The translations under genes and the position numbers were made by a program. 64,000 nt of DNA from Pirellulales bacterium (lineage in GTDB: Bacteria > Planctomycetota > Planctomycetia > Pirellulales > JAICIG01), in NCBI GenBank assembly GCA_035550375.1, contig DASZPH010000061.1:50514-114513 (forward strand), written 5' to 3'. The notes beneath the pieces are model-generated. The model was not told the origin of the DNA, did no database searches, and saw only the letters and a list, made by a program, of their open reading frames with translations. Below, piece by piece: positions 1 through 9,288 of this stretch (its first letter is position 1; each line of letters begins with the position of its first letter).

Positions 1-2
1 TT

Positions 3-149
3 TTGGAAAGACTTCACCACACCCCGGAAGAAATTACGCAGAGGGACGGTACAATCTGGGTCCGCGTGCATCAGCCGCACCAAGGCAGGAACACCCTAAC
101 GCTGCCGGACGGCACGGTCTGGATCCGGGTACCAGAGCCAAGCGAATAA
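3..149 (+). CDS. 3' end of a CDS entering from outside the window (48 codons, unknown function)
   Basis: Frame 3 is open from the window edge and reads LERLHHTPEEITQRDGTIWVRVHQPHQGRNTLTLPDGTVWIRVPEPSE, then TAA at 147-149. The composition looks protein-like. It is too short to appear in the ORF track. Confidence 0.3.
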   Translation: MERLHHTPEEITQRDGTIWVRVHQPHQGRNTLTLPDGTVWIRVPEPSE

Positions 150-282
150 TCCTCGTGCCCACTTTCCGGGCACTCGCCAGAAATCTCAGGTTAGTTTTGG
201 TTGTGATTTGACAGTGGAGGAAAGGGCATCACCACCATCGCACACTGCCGGTCAGGCAAGCCGACCCGAGGAGGCCCTCCGA

Positions 283-1986
283 ATGCAACCAACCGTCGTT
301 TACGATTCCTCGGCATCCACGTCGGCACAGAACTCTGCCGACGTTTCGCGAGCCAACGTCGGCTTTGTCGCCGGCGCTCGTCCGCATTTCTCTGACGAAA
401 CCGCATCCCTTCTTCGTAACCGGTTGTCGGCAGCGGCTTTGGTCATCGCCGTGGTTCTGGCGGCGGCCTTCATCGGGAACCTGGTCAGCGGAACCACAAT
501 GGTCTGGTGGTTGCGTGGGCTGGTCCTCGTCATCACGGCCGGCTCGGCGGTTGTCCTTCGGTATCGGCCCTCGCTTTCCCTGACCCAGTTGCGAACGCTG
601 GAACTGGTCGTTTTCGGCTCGGTCGTGGTGCAGTTGTCGGTCATGCTTCTGACACGCCTTGCCGAATTCGCCGCCAAGGATGATCCAACGTCGCTAACCT
701 CCGTTCGCCAGCAGTTCTTGATGGCGTGGTGCGTCTTGATCTTTGTCTACGGCATCTTGATGCCAAATACCTGGCAGCGAGGGGCGGCAATCATGATCCC
801 GGCCGCTATCCTTCCTTATCTGTTGATCGCAATGCAGGGATGGTTTGCGCCGGCGGTCGCCTCTGGCCTGAATGCCGATCAAGCAAGTTCACCGCTGCCG
901 CTGCCGGTCGTTGCGGCGCTGGTTGCCACGTTTGCCGCTCACGTCATCAACGCTGCACGTCGGGAGGCGTTCAAGGCCCGACAGTTCGGCCAGTATCGCC
1001 TGATGGAGCGTCTTGGGGCCGGGGGCATGGGCGAGGTCTACAAGGCCGAACATGTTCTTCTCAAGCGGCCCTGCGCCATCAAGCTCATCAAAGCGGCGAA
1101 CGAAGCCGATGCCTCGGCTATCGCCCGCTTCGAGAAGGAGGTCAAGACGACGGCCAAGCTGACCCATTGGAACACCGTCGAAATATTCGACTACGGCCGC
1201 ACCGACGACGGCACGTTTTACTACGTCATGGAGCTTTTGCCCGGCATGAGCCTCGAAGACATGGTGGAAAGGCACGGGCAGTTGCCGCCAGAGCGGGTCG
1301 TGTACCTGTTGCGACAAATCTGCGGAGCGTTGCAAGAGGCCCATTCCGTGGGGCTGATCCATCGAGACATCAAACCTGCCAACATCTTCGCCTCCCAGCG
1401 AGGCGGGGTCTACGACGTGGCAAAGCTGCTCGACTTCGGCCTGGTGAAAGAGGCCTCCGAGAAACCGGAAGGTGCAGAAGCGAATTTCGGTTCATTCAGC
1501 GGGACGCCCTTGTATATGTCGCCAGAGCAGGCATCGGCCTACGAGGACGTAGACGGCCGGGCCGACATCTATTCGCTGGGGGCGGTCGGCTACTATTTGC
1601 TCACCGGCCAGCCTCCGTTTTCCAGCAAGAACGTGATGGAACTGCTGGCCGCTCATCGGACGCTGGAGGTCGTCCCGCCGTCTCGACTGGATGTCTCGAT
1701 CCCTGGCGACCTGGATCAAGTCATCGTGAAGTGCATGGCAAAGAAGCCGTCCGACCGCTTTCAGAGCGCCGAGGAATTGCGGCAGGCTCTCGATCGTTGT
1801 GGGGTTGCGAGCGGCTGGGGAGAAGTTCAGGCGGCGACGTGGTGGAAGGAGATTTCGCAGCAGCCAACCGAAGCGCCCGTGGCGAAGGCCCCGGTGGCTG
1901 CCACGGCTGACTATCTCCCGGAGAAATCAGCAACCGGTGAGGACCGATTGCCCGTTCGTTCGTCATCGGGCTCAAGCTCAGATTGA
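283..1986 (+). CDS. Membrane-anchored Ser/Thr protein kinase (polytopic N-terminal domain, C-terminal Hanks-type kinase)
   Basis: ORF 208..1986. Kinase motifs: GAGGMGEVYKAEH (Gly loop), CAIKLIK (Lys), HRDIKPANIF (catalytic loop), DFGL, SGTPLYMSPE. Several hydrophobic helices precede the kinase. Start set at ATG 283, which has GAGGAGG 8 nt upstream; TTG 208 is also possible. Confidence 0.88.
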   Translation: MQPTVVYDSSASTSAQNSADVSRANVGFVAGARPHFSDETASLLRNRLSAAALVIAVVLAAAFIGNLVSGTTMVWWLRGLVLVITAGSAVVLRYRPSLSLTQLRTLELVVFGSVVVQLSVMLLTRLAEFAAKDDPTSLTSVRQQFLMAWCVLIFVYGILMPNTWQRGAAIMIPAAILPYLLIAMQGWFAPAVASGLNADQASSPLPLPVVAALVATFAAHVINAARREAFKARQFGQYRLMERLGAGGMGEVYKAEHVLLKRPCAIKLIKAANEADASAIARFEKEVKTTAKLTHWNTVEIFDYGRTDDGTFYYVMELLPGMSLEDMVERHGQLPPERVVYLLRQICGALQEAHSVGLIHRDIKPANIFASQRGGVYDVAKLLDFGLVKEASEKPEGAEANFGSFSGTPLYMSPEQASAYEDVDGRADIYSLGAVGYYLLTGQPPFSSKNVMELLAAHRTLEVVPPSRLDVSIPGDLDQVIVKCMAKKPSDRFQSAEELRQALDRCGVASGWGEVQAATWWKEISQQPTEAPVAKAPVAATADYLPEKSATGEDRLPVRSSSGSSSD

Positions 1987-2142
1987 ATTGAAGGCGACTT
2001 CAGCCCATCGGCCGGTGCGATGAGTCGACGGTGAGCGTTTTTTGCGGTTGAGGCAACCAACAACAGCCCTCTTTACACAGTCCCGGCAATGTGGGCCATG
2101 GCTAGTCGTCGACCCTTTGCCGAGCAAGTGAACGAGCCTTGA

Positions 2143-2712
2143 ATGCGACACCTCTCGCCAACTGAAAAAGAAAAAATGCTGGCCGGGGAACTGTATGATC
2201 CCCTCGATAAAGAACTGGTCCAGGCCAGAAACCGTGCCAGGGATTTATGCCAAGAATTGAATGCTACCCGTGAAAGCGATCAAGCAGCCCGTCGCCGCAT
2301 CCTGATCGAACTGTTTGGCAGCGGTGGCGATTCTGTCTGGATGCAGCCTCCGTTTTTCTGCGACTACGGTTCGAACATCCTGCTTGGGAAACGAGTCTTC
2401 TTTAACTTCAACTGCGTTGTCCTCGACGTTTGCAACGTGAAGATCGGCGACTTCACCCTTTTTGGGCCTGCGGTCCAAATCTACACAGCCATGCACCCGA
2501 TGAATGCCGAACTGCGCCGCAAGCAGGAGTTCGCAAAGCCCGTTGAAATTGGCTCGGATGTCTGGGTCGGCGGCGGGGCAATTGTCTGCCCAGGCGTGAA
2601 GGTCGGCTCGAAGTCAGTCATCGGTGCAGGCAGCGTGGTAACGAGGGATATTCCCGCTGGTGTCTTCGCTGCCGGAAATCCTTGTCGAGTGATGCGGGAG
2701 ATCGTGGAATAG
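2143..2712 (+). CDS. maa: Maltose/galactoside O-acetyltransferase (hexapeptide-repeat family)
   Basis: The N-terminus TEKEKMLAGELYDPLDKELVQARNRARDLCQELN is typical of Maa/LacA. The C-terminal left-handed beta-helix repeats read GSDVWVGGGAIVCPGVKVGSKSVIGAGSVV. ATG at 2143. Confidence 0.85.
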   Translation: MRHLSPTEKEKMLAGELYDPLDKELVQARNRARDLCQELNATRESDQAARRRILIELFGSGGDSVWMQPPFFCDYGSNILLGKRVFFNFNCVVLDVCNVKIGDFTLFGPAVQIYTAMHPMNAELRRKQEFAKPVEIGSDVWVGGGAIVCPGVKVGSKSVIGAGSVVTRDIPAGVFAAGNPCRVMREIVE

Positions 2713-2786
2713 CGACGCAAAAGGACTGGCCTTGTCGAGCTACAAGCACATGGTCCTGGCCGACCGACCCGGTCGTGTGAATCAAG

Positions 2787-3203
2787 TTATTTGAGTTCCG
2801 AAGTACAGTGGCCGCAACGTGTGGCCTTGATCGGTACACTCATCAGGCAATATGGACAATCTTTCGCGGTCGGTGCGGGGGCGCCTTCTGGTTTTCTCAG
2901 TCGATTCATGACCTTGATGACCATGAAGATGGCGAAAGCCACGATCAAAAAGTCGATCACGGCGTTAACGAACACGCCATACTTGATTGCTACGGCCGGA
3001 GAGCCGCCAGACGCTTCCTTGAGGGTGATGGCGAGGTTTGAAAAATCCACGTTGCCCAAAAGCACACCAATGGGCGGCATCAAAACATCTCCGACCAACG
3101 ACGAGACGATTTTGCCAAACGCCGCGCCAATGATGATGCCCACAGCCATATCCACGACGTTGCCCTTCATGGCAAAGTCTTTGAATTCTTTCAGCATTCC
3201 CAT
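2787..3203 (-). CDS. mscL: Large-conductance mechanosensitive channel MscL with a C-terminal CxxC-X11-CxxC tail
   Basis: [44 protein letters not shown] is the canonical MscL TM1 signature. The tail reads [24 protein letters not shown]. Confidence 0.93.
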   Translation of the reverse strand: MGMLKEFKDFAMKGNVVDMAVGIIIGAAFGKIVSSLVGDVLMPPIGVLLGNVDFSNLAITLKEASGGSPAVAIKYGVFVNAVIDFLIVAFAIFMVIKVMNRLRKPEGAPAPTAKDCPYCLMSVPIKATRCGHCTSELK

Positions 3204-3349
3204 GAGAAAACTCCAGAATAGGTTATGCCAGATGGCTGACGAGTTCTCAGTTTATTGAGTGTCTGCGACCACACGCCATGGCCGAGCCGACGTTAGCAGA
3301 CAATGCCCCGAGGCTCATCGAAGCGCGCCAGTTATTTAGACGGCCTCGT

Positions 3350-3619
3350 TCAACGGTCAGCAAGCGGCTTCTGAGTTGGCTTTTTTGCGGCAAGAAAGCA
3401 GTACCGATCTACGCCGTTGACCACCCGAAGTTCGTAAACTGCGATGCTCGACGTGCAGGCATCGATGATCGGTGGTTGCTTGGCCAACATGCGGTAGACG
3501 TTGGGACCGATCTCCAGGTGCAGCACGTTGGGGAGAGCCTTGGTTCTCCCCGATATGTCTTGCCGGTGGCCATCGAGCGGGCCGCCGTGGAACTGAATGA
3601 GCTTGCGATGCGTCGGCAT
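3350..3619 (-). CDS. Small hypothetical protein (89 aa)
   Basis: ATG 3619 is preceded on the minus strand by AAGGAGGG with about 8 nt spacing. The composition is balanced. No family recognised. Confidence 0.55.
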   Translation of the reverse strand: MPTHRKLIQFHGGPLDGHRQDISGRTKALPNVLHLEIGPNVYRMLAKQPPIIDACTSSIAVYELRVVNGVDRYCFLAAKKPTQKPLADR

Positions 3620-3689
3620 TTTCGATTCCCTCCTTGGGCCGTGATGTTAGCCCGCATCATACCAGCTTCGAGCAGTTCTTACTGCTCGT

Positions 3690-4439
3690 TCAATCACCAA
3701 CCAGGCAAACGGCCTTGAGCACTGCCCTCGCCGAATCTCGTCCGAATCGTTTCTGCAAGCGGCGCGCGACGGGGTAGGCAAGTCGAGTCAAGATGTGGTT
3801 CGGCCTGGAAAACGCCACGATGTCGTACCAGACGCAGTTCTCAGCCCGGTGCCACTCGATCAAGAATCGTTCTTCGCCGCTTTCTACATGGCCGGGCAAA
3901 GTTCCATAAGCGAATCCGAAACGGGTGATTGGCCCTGCTTCGTCCACGACGTAGACGATCCGGCAAGAGTTGAGCCACCATAGACCCATCGCCCGCCCCA
4001 TAACCGCCACAACCTCACCCGGCCGGATCGGAGTGTCAGGCGACCAGGCTTCGACCCAGCCCAGCCGAAACTGTTCCCAGCGTTGCAAGACACCCTTCGC
4101 AGCCAGGAACACCGCCTCTCCCTTGCCGAGCCTGATGCGGGTGTGATCCACAACAAAATCGTCAGGCGGCGTGTCTGCGGTTGCGCCCACGGCCGAATAA
4201 CTGAAGGGAAGCTCGGCCTGTTCGGAGAGAAAGCGGCCTATTGATGCGGCAGTCGGCTTTTGCCACGACAACTTCGTCACGGTCGGCAATCCTCCACGCA
4301 AACCGTGGCCGGAGTTTCTAACCCTGCTAATCGCTACCCGCAGATCGACACGCTCTTTTAACCCGGAGAAGGGCAAGAGGCGGGGTGACGTGTATCCCCG
4401 ATTACCTTTGGCTATGCCATTGGGTTCTACCGGCTTCAT
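3690..4439 (-). CDS. DUF1990-family protein
   Basis: FSYSAVGAT...HTRIRLGKGEAVFLAAKGVLQRWEQFRLGWVEAW...FGFAYGTLPGHVESGEERFLIEW matches my memory of the DUF1990 pattern. Recognised by eye only. Confidence 0.7.
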   Translation of the reverse strand: MKPVEPNGIAKGNRGYTSPRLLPFSGLKERVDLRVAISRVRNSGHGLRGGLPTVTKLSWQKPTAASIGRFLSEQAELPFSYSAVGATADTPPDDFVVDHTRIRLGKGEAVFLAAKGVLQRWEQFRLGWVEAWSPDTPIRPGEVVAVMGRAMGLWWLNSCRIVYVVDEAGPITRFGFAYGTLPGHVESGEERFLIEWHRAENCVWYDIVAFSRPNHILTRLAYPVARRLQKRFGRDSARAVLKAVCLVGD

Positions 4440-4442
4440 GGA

Positions 4443-4497
4443 GCCTTTGCCTCAGTCTGAACTCATTATCGGACCAGAACGGTAGCGAGGCAAAGGC
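4443..4497 (-). promoter_or_regulatory. 11-bp perfect inverted repeat that could sequester the DUF1990 gene's translation initiation region
   Basis: GCCTTTGCCTC (4443-4453) pairs with GAGGCAAAGGC (4487-4497) across a 33-nt loop. On the minus-strand mRNA the 3' arm, GAGGCAAAGGC, ends 3 nt before ATG 4439. Confidence 0.35.
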
Positions 4498-4662
4498 GTG
4501 TCGGGCCGAAACAACGGTGTTGTCAAGGCGTGGTTCCTGGAGAGACGAAGTGATGAGGGCAAGGCCCCGACTAGATCGAGCAAGGAGTGCCTGCGATACT
4601 CATGCTGAGGCGTTGCCCAGGCCAAAACGAGGCTCGCCACTAGAAATCAGGCGGTTTTGAAA

Positions 4663-5613
4663 ATGCCGATACTCGGCGCTCATTTGTCTATTGCGAAGGG
4701 CTTTCATAAGGCCGTCGAGAGGGCGGCTGCGCTGGGAATGGAGACGCTCCAGGTTTTTACCCAAAGTCCATCACGATGGGCAGTTAAGCCCGCAATGCCA
4801 GCAGGTAAGGCATCTCTCCGACTTGGAAAGTCGTTGACGAAGAACAACAACCAAGGGCGAGCCAAGCCGATTCTCGAGGCCGAAGCGGCCCGGTTCCGTT
4901 CGACGTTGACGGAACTCTCCGTCGCCCACCCGATCGCCCACAACTCGTACCTCATCAATCTTGCCAGCCCGGACGAGACGCTCTGGCGACGCAGCATCGA
5001 GGCGATGGTCGTCGAGCTCCGGCGGGCCGAGCAGTTGGGGCTGACGTACGTCGTCACCCATCCGGGCGCCTCGGTTGAATCGGGCGAAGAGCGGGGCCTC
5101 AAACGGGTCGTTGCGGCGCTGGACGAAATTCATGCGCAGACGCCCGGCGTCGATGCTCAGATTCTGCTGGAGACCACGGCCGGCCAGGGAAGCTGTCTCG
5201 GCCACCGATTCGAGCATCTGGCCACGATTCTCGACCAGGTGGAATCTCCTGAGCGGCTGGGGGTGTGCGTCGACACGTGCCACGTGTTTGCGGCCGGCTA
5301 TCCACTGGGCACGCCAAGTCAATACCGGGCCACCATGAAGAAGTTGGCCACGACGGTTGGCCTGGAAAAGGTGCGCGCCTTTCACCTCAACGACAGCAAG
5401 CGCGAACTCAACTCGCGAGTCGACCGCCACGAGCACATTGGCAAGGGACGGTTGGGGCTGGAACCGTTCCGCCATCTGCTTAACGATCCCCGCTTCCAAC
5501 ACGTGCCCATGTACCTGGAAACCCCCAAGGGCACCCTCGAGGGCGAAGACCTCGATGCGATCAACCTGCGGACGCTGCGCGGGCTGGTGGAGCCCGAAGC
5601 TGGCGGCTGCTGA
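4663..5613 (+). CDS. nfo: Deoxyribonuclease IV (endonuclease IV, AP endonuclease family 2)
   Basis: MPILGAHLSIAKGF...HNSYLINLASP...VTHPGA...LLETTAGQG...VCVDTCHVFAAGY...FHLNDSK...DRHEHIGKG are the metal-binding blocks of Nfo. ATG at 4663 (the track ORF starts at TTG 4657). A roughly 40-aa insert follows the first block. Confidence 0.9.
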   Translation: MPILGAHLSIAKGFHKAVERAAALGMETLQVFTQSPSRWAVKPAMPAGKASLRLGKSLTKNNNQGRAKPILEAEAARFRSTLTELSVAHPIAHNSYLINLASPDETLWRRSIEAMVVELRRAEQLGLTYVVTHPGASVESGEERGLKRVVAALDEIHAQTPGVDAQILLETTAGQGSCLGHRFEHLATILDQVESPERLGVCVDTCHVFAAGYPLGTPSQYRATMKKLATTVGLEKVRAFHLNDSKRELNSRVDRHEHIGKGRLGLEPFRHLLNDPRFQHVPMYLETPKGTLEGEDLDAINLRTLRGLVEPEAGGC

Positions 5614-5816
5614 GGCCCGACGACGCTGCTCGCGGGGCCAGGCCTCGGCAGCGCGACGGTCGTGTCCTGAAGTTGCAGTCGTGTCCTAAGGTTAAGGTGG
5701 CAAAACACAAGCGAGAGGTAGACGGACTGCACCGGCCGACTAAGCGTCTTTCGCGGGTGCTTCCGGTTAGTTTGGGCCGTCCGCCGATGCGGGAGCGGGC
5801 TCGCCACTTGAAAAAG

Positions 5817-5845
5817 TTGACCCCTGCAAAATCCACCGCTACGAT
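5817..5845 (+). promoter_or_regulatory. Sigma-70-like promoter candidate upstream of the GNAT gene
   Basis: TTGACC (5817-5822), a 17-nt spacer, then TACGAT (5840-5845). It lies about 125 nt upstream of ATG 5972. This is pattern matching only, and promoter rules in this lineage are uncertain. Confidence 0.25.
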
Positions 5846-5971
5846 GTTCTTGGAGGCTTGGGGGGAGCGTGCGCGGTAATGGTGCGCATCTGGGCGGCGC
5901 CCCTTTGGTGTGCGGCGAGACCGCGTCAGGGTTGAGCCGCAATGTTTGTTTACTAGCATGGGCTGCGCTCG

Positions 5972-6550
5972 ATGGGTCTGACCTACTTTAAGCGCTTCCG
6001 CATGGAGATCGACCTGAGCGGTCCGGCGCCCCCGGAGCGACGGCTGCCGAGCGGATACCGCTTCGTGCCCTGGCGATCCGACTTACTGCCCGCCCACGCC
6101 GAAACCAAGTTCAACAGCTTCCGCTTGGAGATCGACGCCAACGTCTTTCCCTGCTTGGGCGACTACGACGGCTGCGTCCGGCTGATGCAGGAAATCTGCC
6201 ACAAGGAGGGCTTTTTGCCCGAGGCGACGTGGCTGCTGGTTCACGACAACGGCGGTTCCGAAGCATACGGTTCCTCGGAGTTTTGCGGCACGATCCAAGG
6301 CATTCGCGACCGCTCGGGAATGGGCGCGATCCAGAACATCGGCATCGTGCCCGAACATCGCAACCGGGGACTGGGCACCTGCCTGATTTCGAGGGCGCTC
6401 GACGGTTTTCGCCGCGCGGGGCTGCGGCGGGCGTTCTTGGAAGTGACGTCGCAGAATGAAGGCGCGATCAAGCTCTATCGACGCCTGGGTTTTGTGAAGG
6501 CCCGGACGGTCTACAAGGCCGTCGATGTGACGCCCTTTGCCTTGCGGTAG
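5972..6550 (+). CDS. GNAT-family N-acetyltransferase
   Basis: The acetyl-CoA binding motif region reads GIVPEHRNRGLGTCLISRALDGFRRAGLRRAFLEVTSQNEGAIKLYRRLGF. Confidence 0.8.
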   Translation: MGLTYFKRFRMEIDLSGPAPPERRLPSGYRFVPWRSDLLPAHAETKFNSFRLEIDANVFPCLGDYDGCVRLMQEICHKEGFLPEATWLLVHDNGGSEAYGSSEFCGTIQGIRDRSGMGAIQNIGIVPEHRNRGLGTCLISRALDGFRRAGLRRAFLEVTSQNEGAIKLYRRLGFVKARTVYKAVDVTPFALR

Positions 6551-6693
6551 GGCCGCACCCAATGCTGCCCGCGCAATCCGTCACGAGCCCGTTCGTGCGA
6601 AGGCGCTGAGCGCCGCTTGACGTTTTCGACACGGTCTCCCTAGGCTGGATTGATACTGAAATCCAGCATCTCGAATCCTGCACAGGAATCGCC

Positions 6694-7382
6694 ATGAATT
6701 CATTGCGACGCCTGCTGATCCCCGCGGTGATTCTTCCGTTGATGCTTGGGTGCGGTCGCGTGTGGGGACAGCAGGCCGGCGACGACCACGCGGCGGAAGC
6801 CGCAGCTCGACCTTGGCAATTTCTTGCGCGATCAACCGTTCCGGAAAAAACGCAGTCCCGCTGCCGCGGAGCAAGTCGTCCATCCTGCGCTGGACGAATC
6901 CGACGCAAGGAACGATTTACGGCAACGTGTTCGTCTGGACAAAGGACGGCCAGGCCAAGGCGGTCGGATCGGTTGTCAAAGGTTATTCGCCGTTTACCAC
7001 GATGTCGATCGAGCTTCAATCATTTTCACGGGATCCATTGCGGGCGACCTATGATGGCGACGAGATTTGGGCGCCGGAAGTTGCGGACGTCGAGTTCGTT
7101 TCGCTGGAGGGCGCGCCGGCGAATGGCGCCCGGCTGAGGCAGATGCGGGCGGTGAGCACGGGGGACGGCTATGAGTGGCAATACGCCATCGGACGGATGA
7201 ACGGCATTCGTTTTGAAGTCCGTCGGAACGACCAACTGGTCTGGAAAGGCGACAAGCTCGCACCTCCCTGGCGAAACGTTCGAAGGCCAGAGAAGAGTTA
7301 CTTCTTCCTGGGGCTGGGCAACGTAGGGCTGGAGTCCGGCGAGGTTAATGCCACGCCCAACGCCAAGCCCGCCCGGAATTGA
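6694..7382 (+). pseudogene. Secreted or lipoprotein-like gene split between two frames at an A6 run (frameshifted, recoded, or an assembly indel)
   Basis: Frame of 6694 gives a signal peptide, MNSLRRLLIPAVILPLMLGCGRVWGQQ, then degrades into Arg-rich sequence after about 6850. Frame of 6750 is protein-like only from about 6846 onward (KNAVPLPRSKSSILRWTNPTQGTIYGNVFVWTKDG...). The two frames join through a -1 shift at AAAAAA 6845-6850. Confidence 0.45.
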
Positions 7383-7489
7383 TTCGCCGGCAGCCTCGAA
7401 CGGCGAGGCGCGTCACAAGTCGAACTCAAAAGCGGCCTACTCGCGAGCCGGCTCGGCCGCTACCATGTCGGCCCAAATCAGGGCCTTCC

Positions 7490-8464
7490 ATGAAACGCCT
7501 CCGTTCGCGCTGGACCGTGTCACTCCTGCTGGCGGCGCTTGCCCTTTGCGCCTACGCGTGGACCCTCGCCACGCCCGAGATCGGCGGCGACGTTCGACTG
7601 CCGCCACCCTCCGGCGACAGGCTGTGGTCGTTCGGCTTCGTGGGCGATACCCAGCTCGGAGAAGGCATCGTGGATGTCGTCTTCGAGCGGTTCGAGAAAG
7701 CGGAGGTCGACTTCGTTCTGCACCTGGGCGACATCGTGGATGATGCGTCGTCTTGCGACCAATGGAAATACGTGCTCGGCGAGGCTCGACGCCATCACAT
7801 CCGGCTGCGTCCTGTCGTCGGCAACCACGACCGGTTAGTCGGCACCAGCGATCGCGGCGAGACGCGGTTTCGAGAGTTCTTTCCGGACGTTCCCGACACG
7901 TTCTACCGATTCTCTCACCGCGGCCTGGAGTTCGTGATGCTCAATTCCGAGCGATCGCTCTTGCCCTGGACCCAGCAGGGCAGGTTTTTGAACACCGTGC
8001 TCGGCGACCTGTCCGATCGTTCGTCGGACGACACCGCGATTGTCTGCCTGCATCGGCCCGTCTTCACCTGCGGGCGGCGCGATCTGGCCAACCAGTTTCT
8101 GCGTCGCGTCTGGCTGCACTCGCGGCTGCTCGACACACCGGCGCGGCTGGTCCTTTCAGGACACCACCACTATTACGACCGTACCAAGCCGCTCGACGGC
8201 ATCACCTACGTCGTGAGCGGCGGCGGCAGCCACAAGCTCTACCCCGCCGCAGACCCGGACCAGACCACGGCGGCGTTTCGGGCCGGCGTCAATCACTATG
8301 GGCTGGTCGACGTCTACGCCGATCGACTCGACGTGCGCGTGCTCGACCTCGACGATCAAGAGTTGGATCGGTTCACGGTCAAGCGGACAAGAACGGCGAC
8401 GGAGGGCCCGCCCGTATCGGCTCTGTCGGCCAAGAAGGAGGATAGGGCGGTCGTCAGACGGTGA
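7490..8464 (+). CDS. Secreted calcineurin-like metallophosphoesterase
   Basis: Signal peptide MKRLRSRWTVSLLLAALALCAYA. Motifs GDTQLG, HLGDIVDD, GNHD, LHRP and SGHHHYY. ATG 7490 lies inside the longer track ORF 7379..8464. Confidence 0.82.
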   Translation: MKRLRSRWTVSLLLAALALCAYAWTLATPEIGGDVRLPPPSGDRLWSFGFVGDTQLGEGIVDVVFERFEKAEVDFVLHLGDIVDDASSCDQWKYVLGEARRHHIRLRPVVGNHDRLVGTSDRGETRFREFFPDVPDTFYRFSHRGLEFVMLNSERSLLPWTQQGRFLNTVLGDLSDRSSDDTAIVCLHRPVFTCGRRDLANQFLRRVWLHSRLLDTPARLVLSGHHHYYDRTKPLDGITYVVSGGGSHKLYPAADPDQTTAAFRAGVNHYGLVDVYADRLDVRVLDLDDQELDRFTVKRTRTATEGPPVSALSAKKEDRAVVRR

Positions 8465-8592
8465 CCTGTCCTGCGCCGCAGCAGCCGCGCGCTCCGTGCA
8501 ACTGGAACCTGCTCATCCCGGCGGCCGAACAGGCTGCAGGGGCCATCGCAAGCGACGTGCGCCCGGATTGTGGTCCCGTGAAGAATTTCAGG

Positions 8593-8826
8593 CTAGCGCA
8601 TGCGATGCGGGCGTCCCGAGGCCAACACGGGAAGCGCCTGCATGCGGCGGCCACCTAGGATCAACGGCAAAAGGGGCCATCCGGGAAGCGGCATTTCCCG
8701 CTGTCGCCGGACTTCGGGCGACCACGAGCGACGGATCTCGGCAGCCCGCTGCCGGATCTCTTCCGGGCTGGGATCGGTCTGCGCGGTCGATTGTCTCGTG
8801 GGCATTCTGGTCGGGCAATGTACCAT
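8593..8826 (-). CDS. Small Arg-rich hypothetical protein (77 aa)
   Basis: ATG 8826 is preceded on the minus strand by AAGGAGG with 8 nt spacing. The product begins MVHCPTRMPTRQ and contains DPSPEEIRQRAAEIRRSWSPE. No family recognised. Confidence 0.35.
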   Translation of the reverse strand: MVHCPTRMPTRQSTAQTDPSPEEIRQRAAEIRRSWSPEVRRQREMPLPGWPLLPLILGGRRMQALPVLASGRPHRMR

Positions 8827-9181
8827 TACGCGAACCTCCTTGAAGTAGAAACTGACGCCTCGATCTGAGGCGTTGACCGGCAAGGAGCAAGCTGTGTGCC
8901 ATAGCCCGCCAGCAACGACGGTTTTTCCGAAGTTATTGAACTTACGCTTCTTTTCAGGTTTTGCAGACGGCGAGGATTGACGCACAGGTTGTCAGTTTGA
9001 CGGCGGTCGACGTATTTTTCGGCAGCAATGATGAAAGCTGCAACAGGACTGTCCCAAAATGAGTCAGGTGGTCAGGTGGTCCTTTCTCAAGTCGACCGGT
9101 ACCTTTTACCGATGGGGAGGGACGTGCGAAATCAGTAGACTGTATCGCGTGGCAGATTGGGTAACCCGGATTATTCTCAAC

Positions 9182-9232
9182 CCGAAACGCAAGCCACCTG
9201 CGATGCATCGTGCGTGCTCGCTTGCGTTTCGG
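9182..9232 (+). repeat. REP-like palindromic element, copy 1
   Basis: 13-bp perfect stem CCGAAACGCAAGC (9182-9194) / GCTTGCGTTTCGG (9220-9232), followed by CTTCGTGTGG. It lies just upstream of the ExeA-like gene. Confidence 0.7.
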
Positions 9233-9288
9233 CTTCGTGTGGCCGGTGGCAAATCCGGGGTTAAGGTGCCCAAGAGTCGACGGAAAGG

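Noticed and set aside
5614-5971. Possible small RNA or small ORFs (5673..5879, 5561..5959, 5382..5942) in the 358-bp nfo-GNAT spacer
   Set aside because: I saw no tRNA, SRP, RNase P, tmRNA or 6S signatures. The ORF products are Arg/Lys-rich and unconvincing. Only a promoter-like hexamer pair is reported, at low confidence.
6750-7382. Stand-alone CDS starting at GTG 6750
   Set aside because: Its first 30 codons or so (RSRVGTAGRRRPRGGSRSS) look non-coding. A convincing signal peptide lies upstream in the adjacent frame. I prefer the frameshift, indel or recoding interpretation, but it remains unproven.
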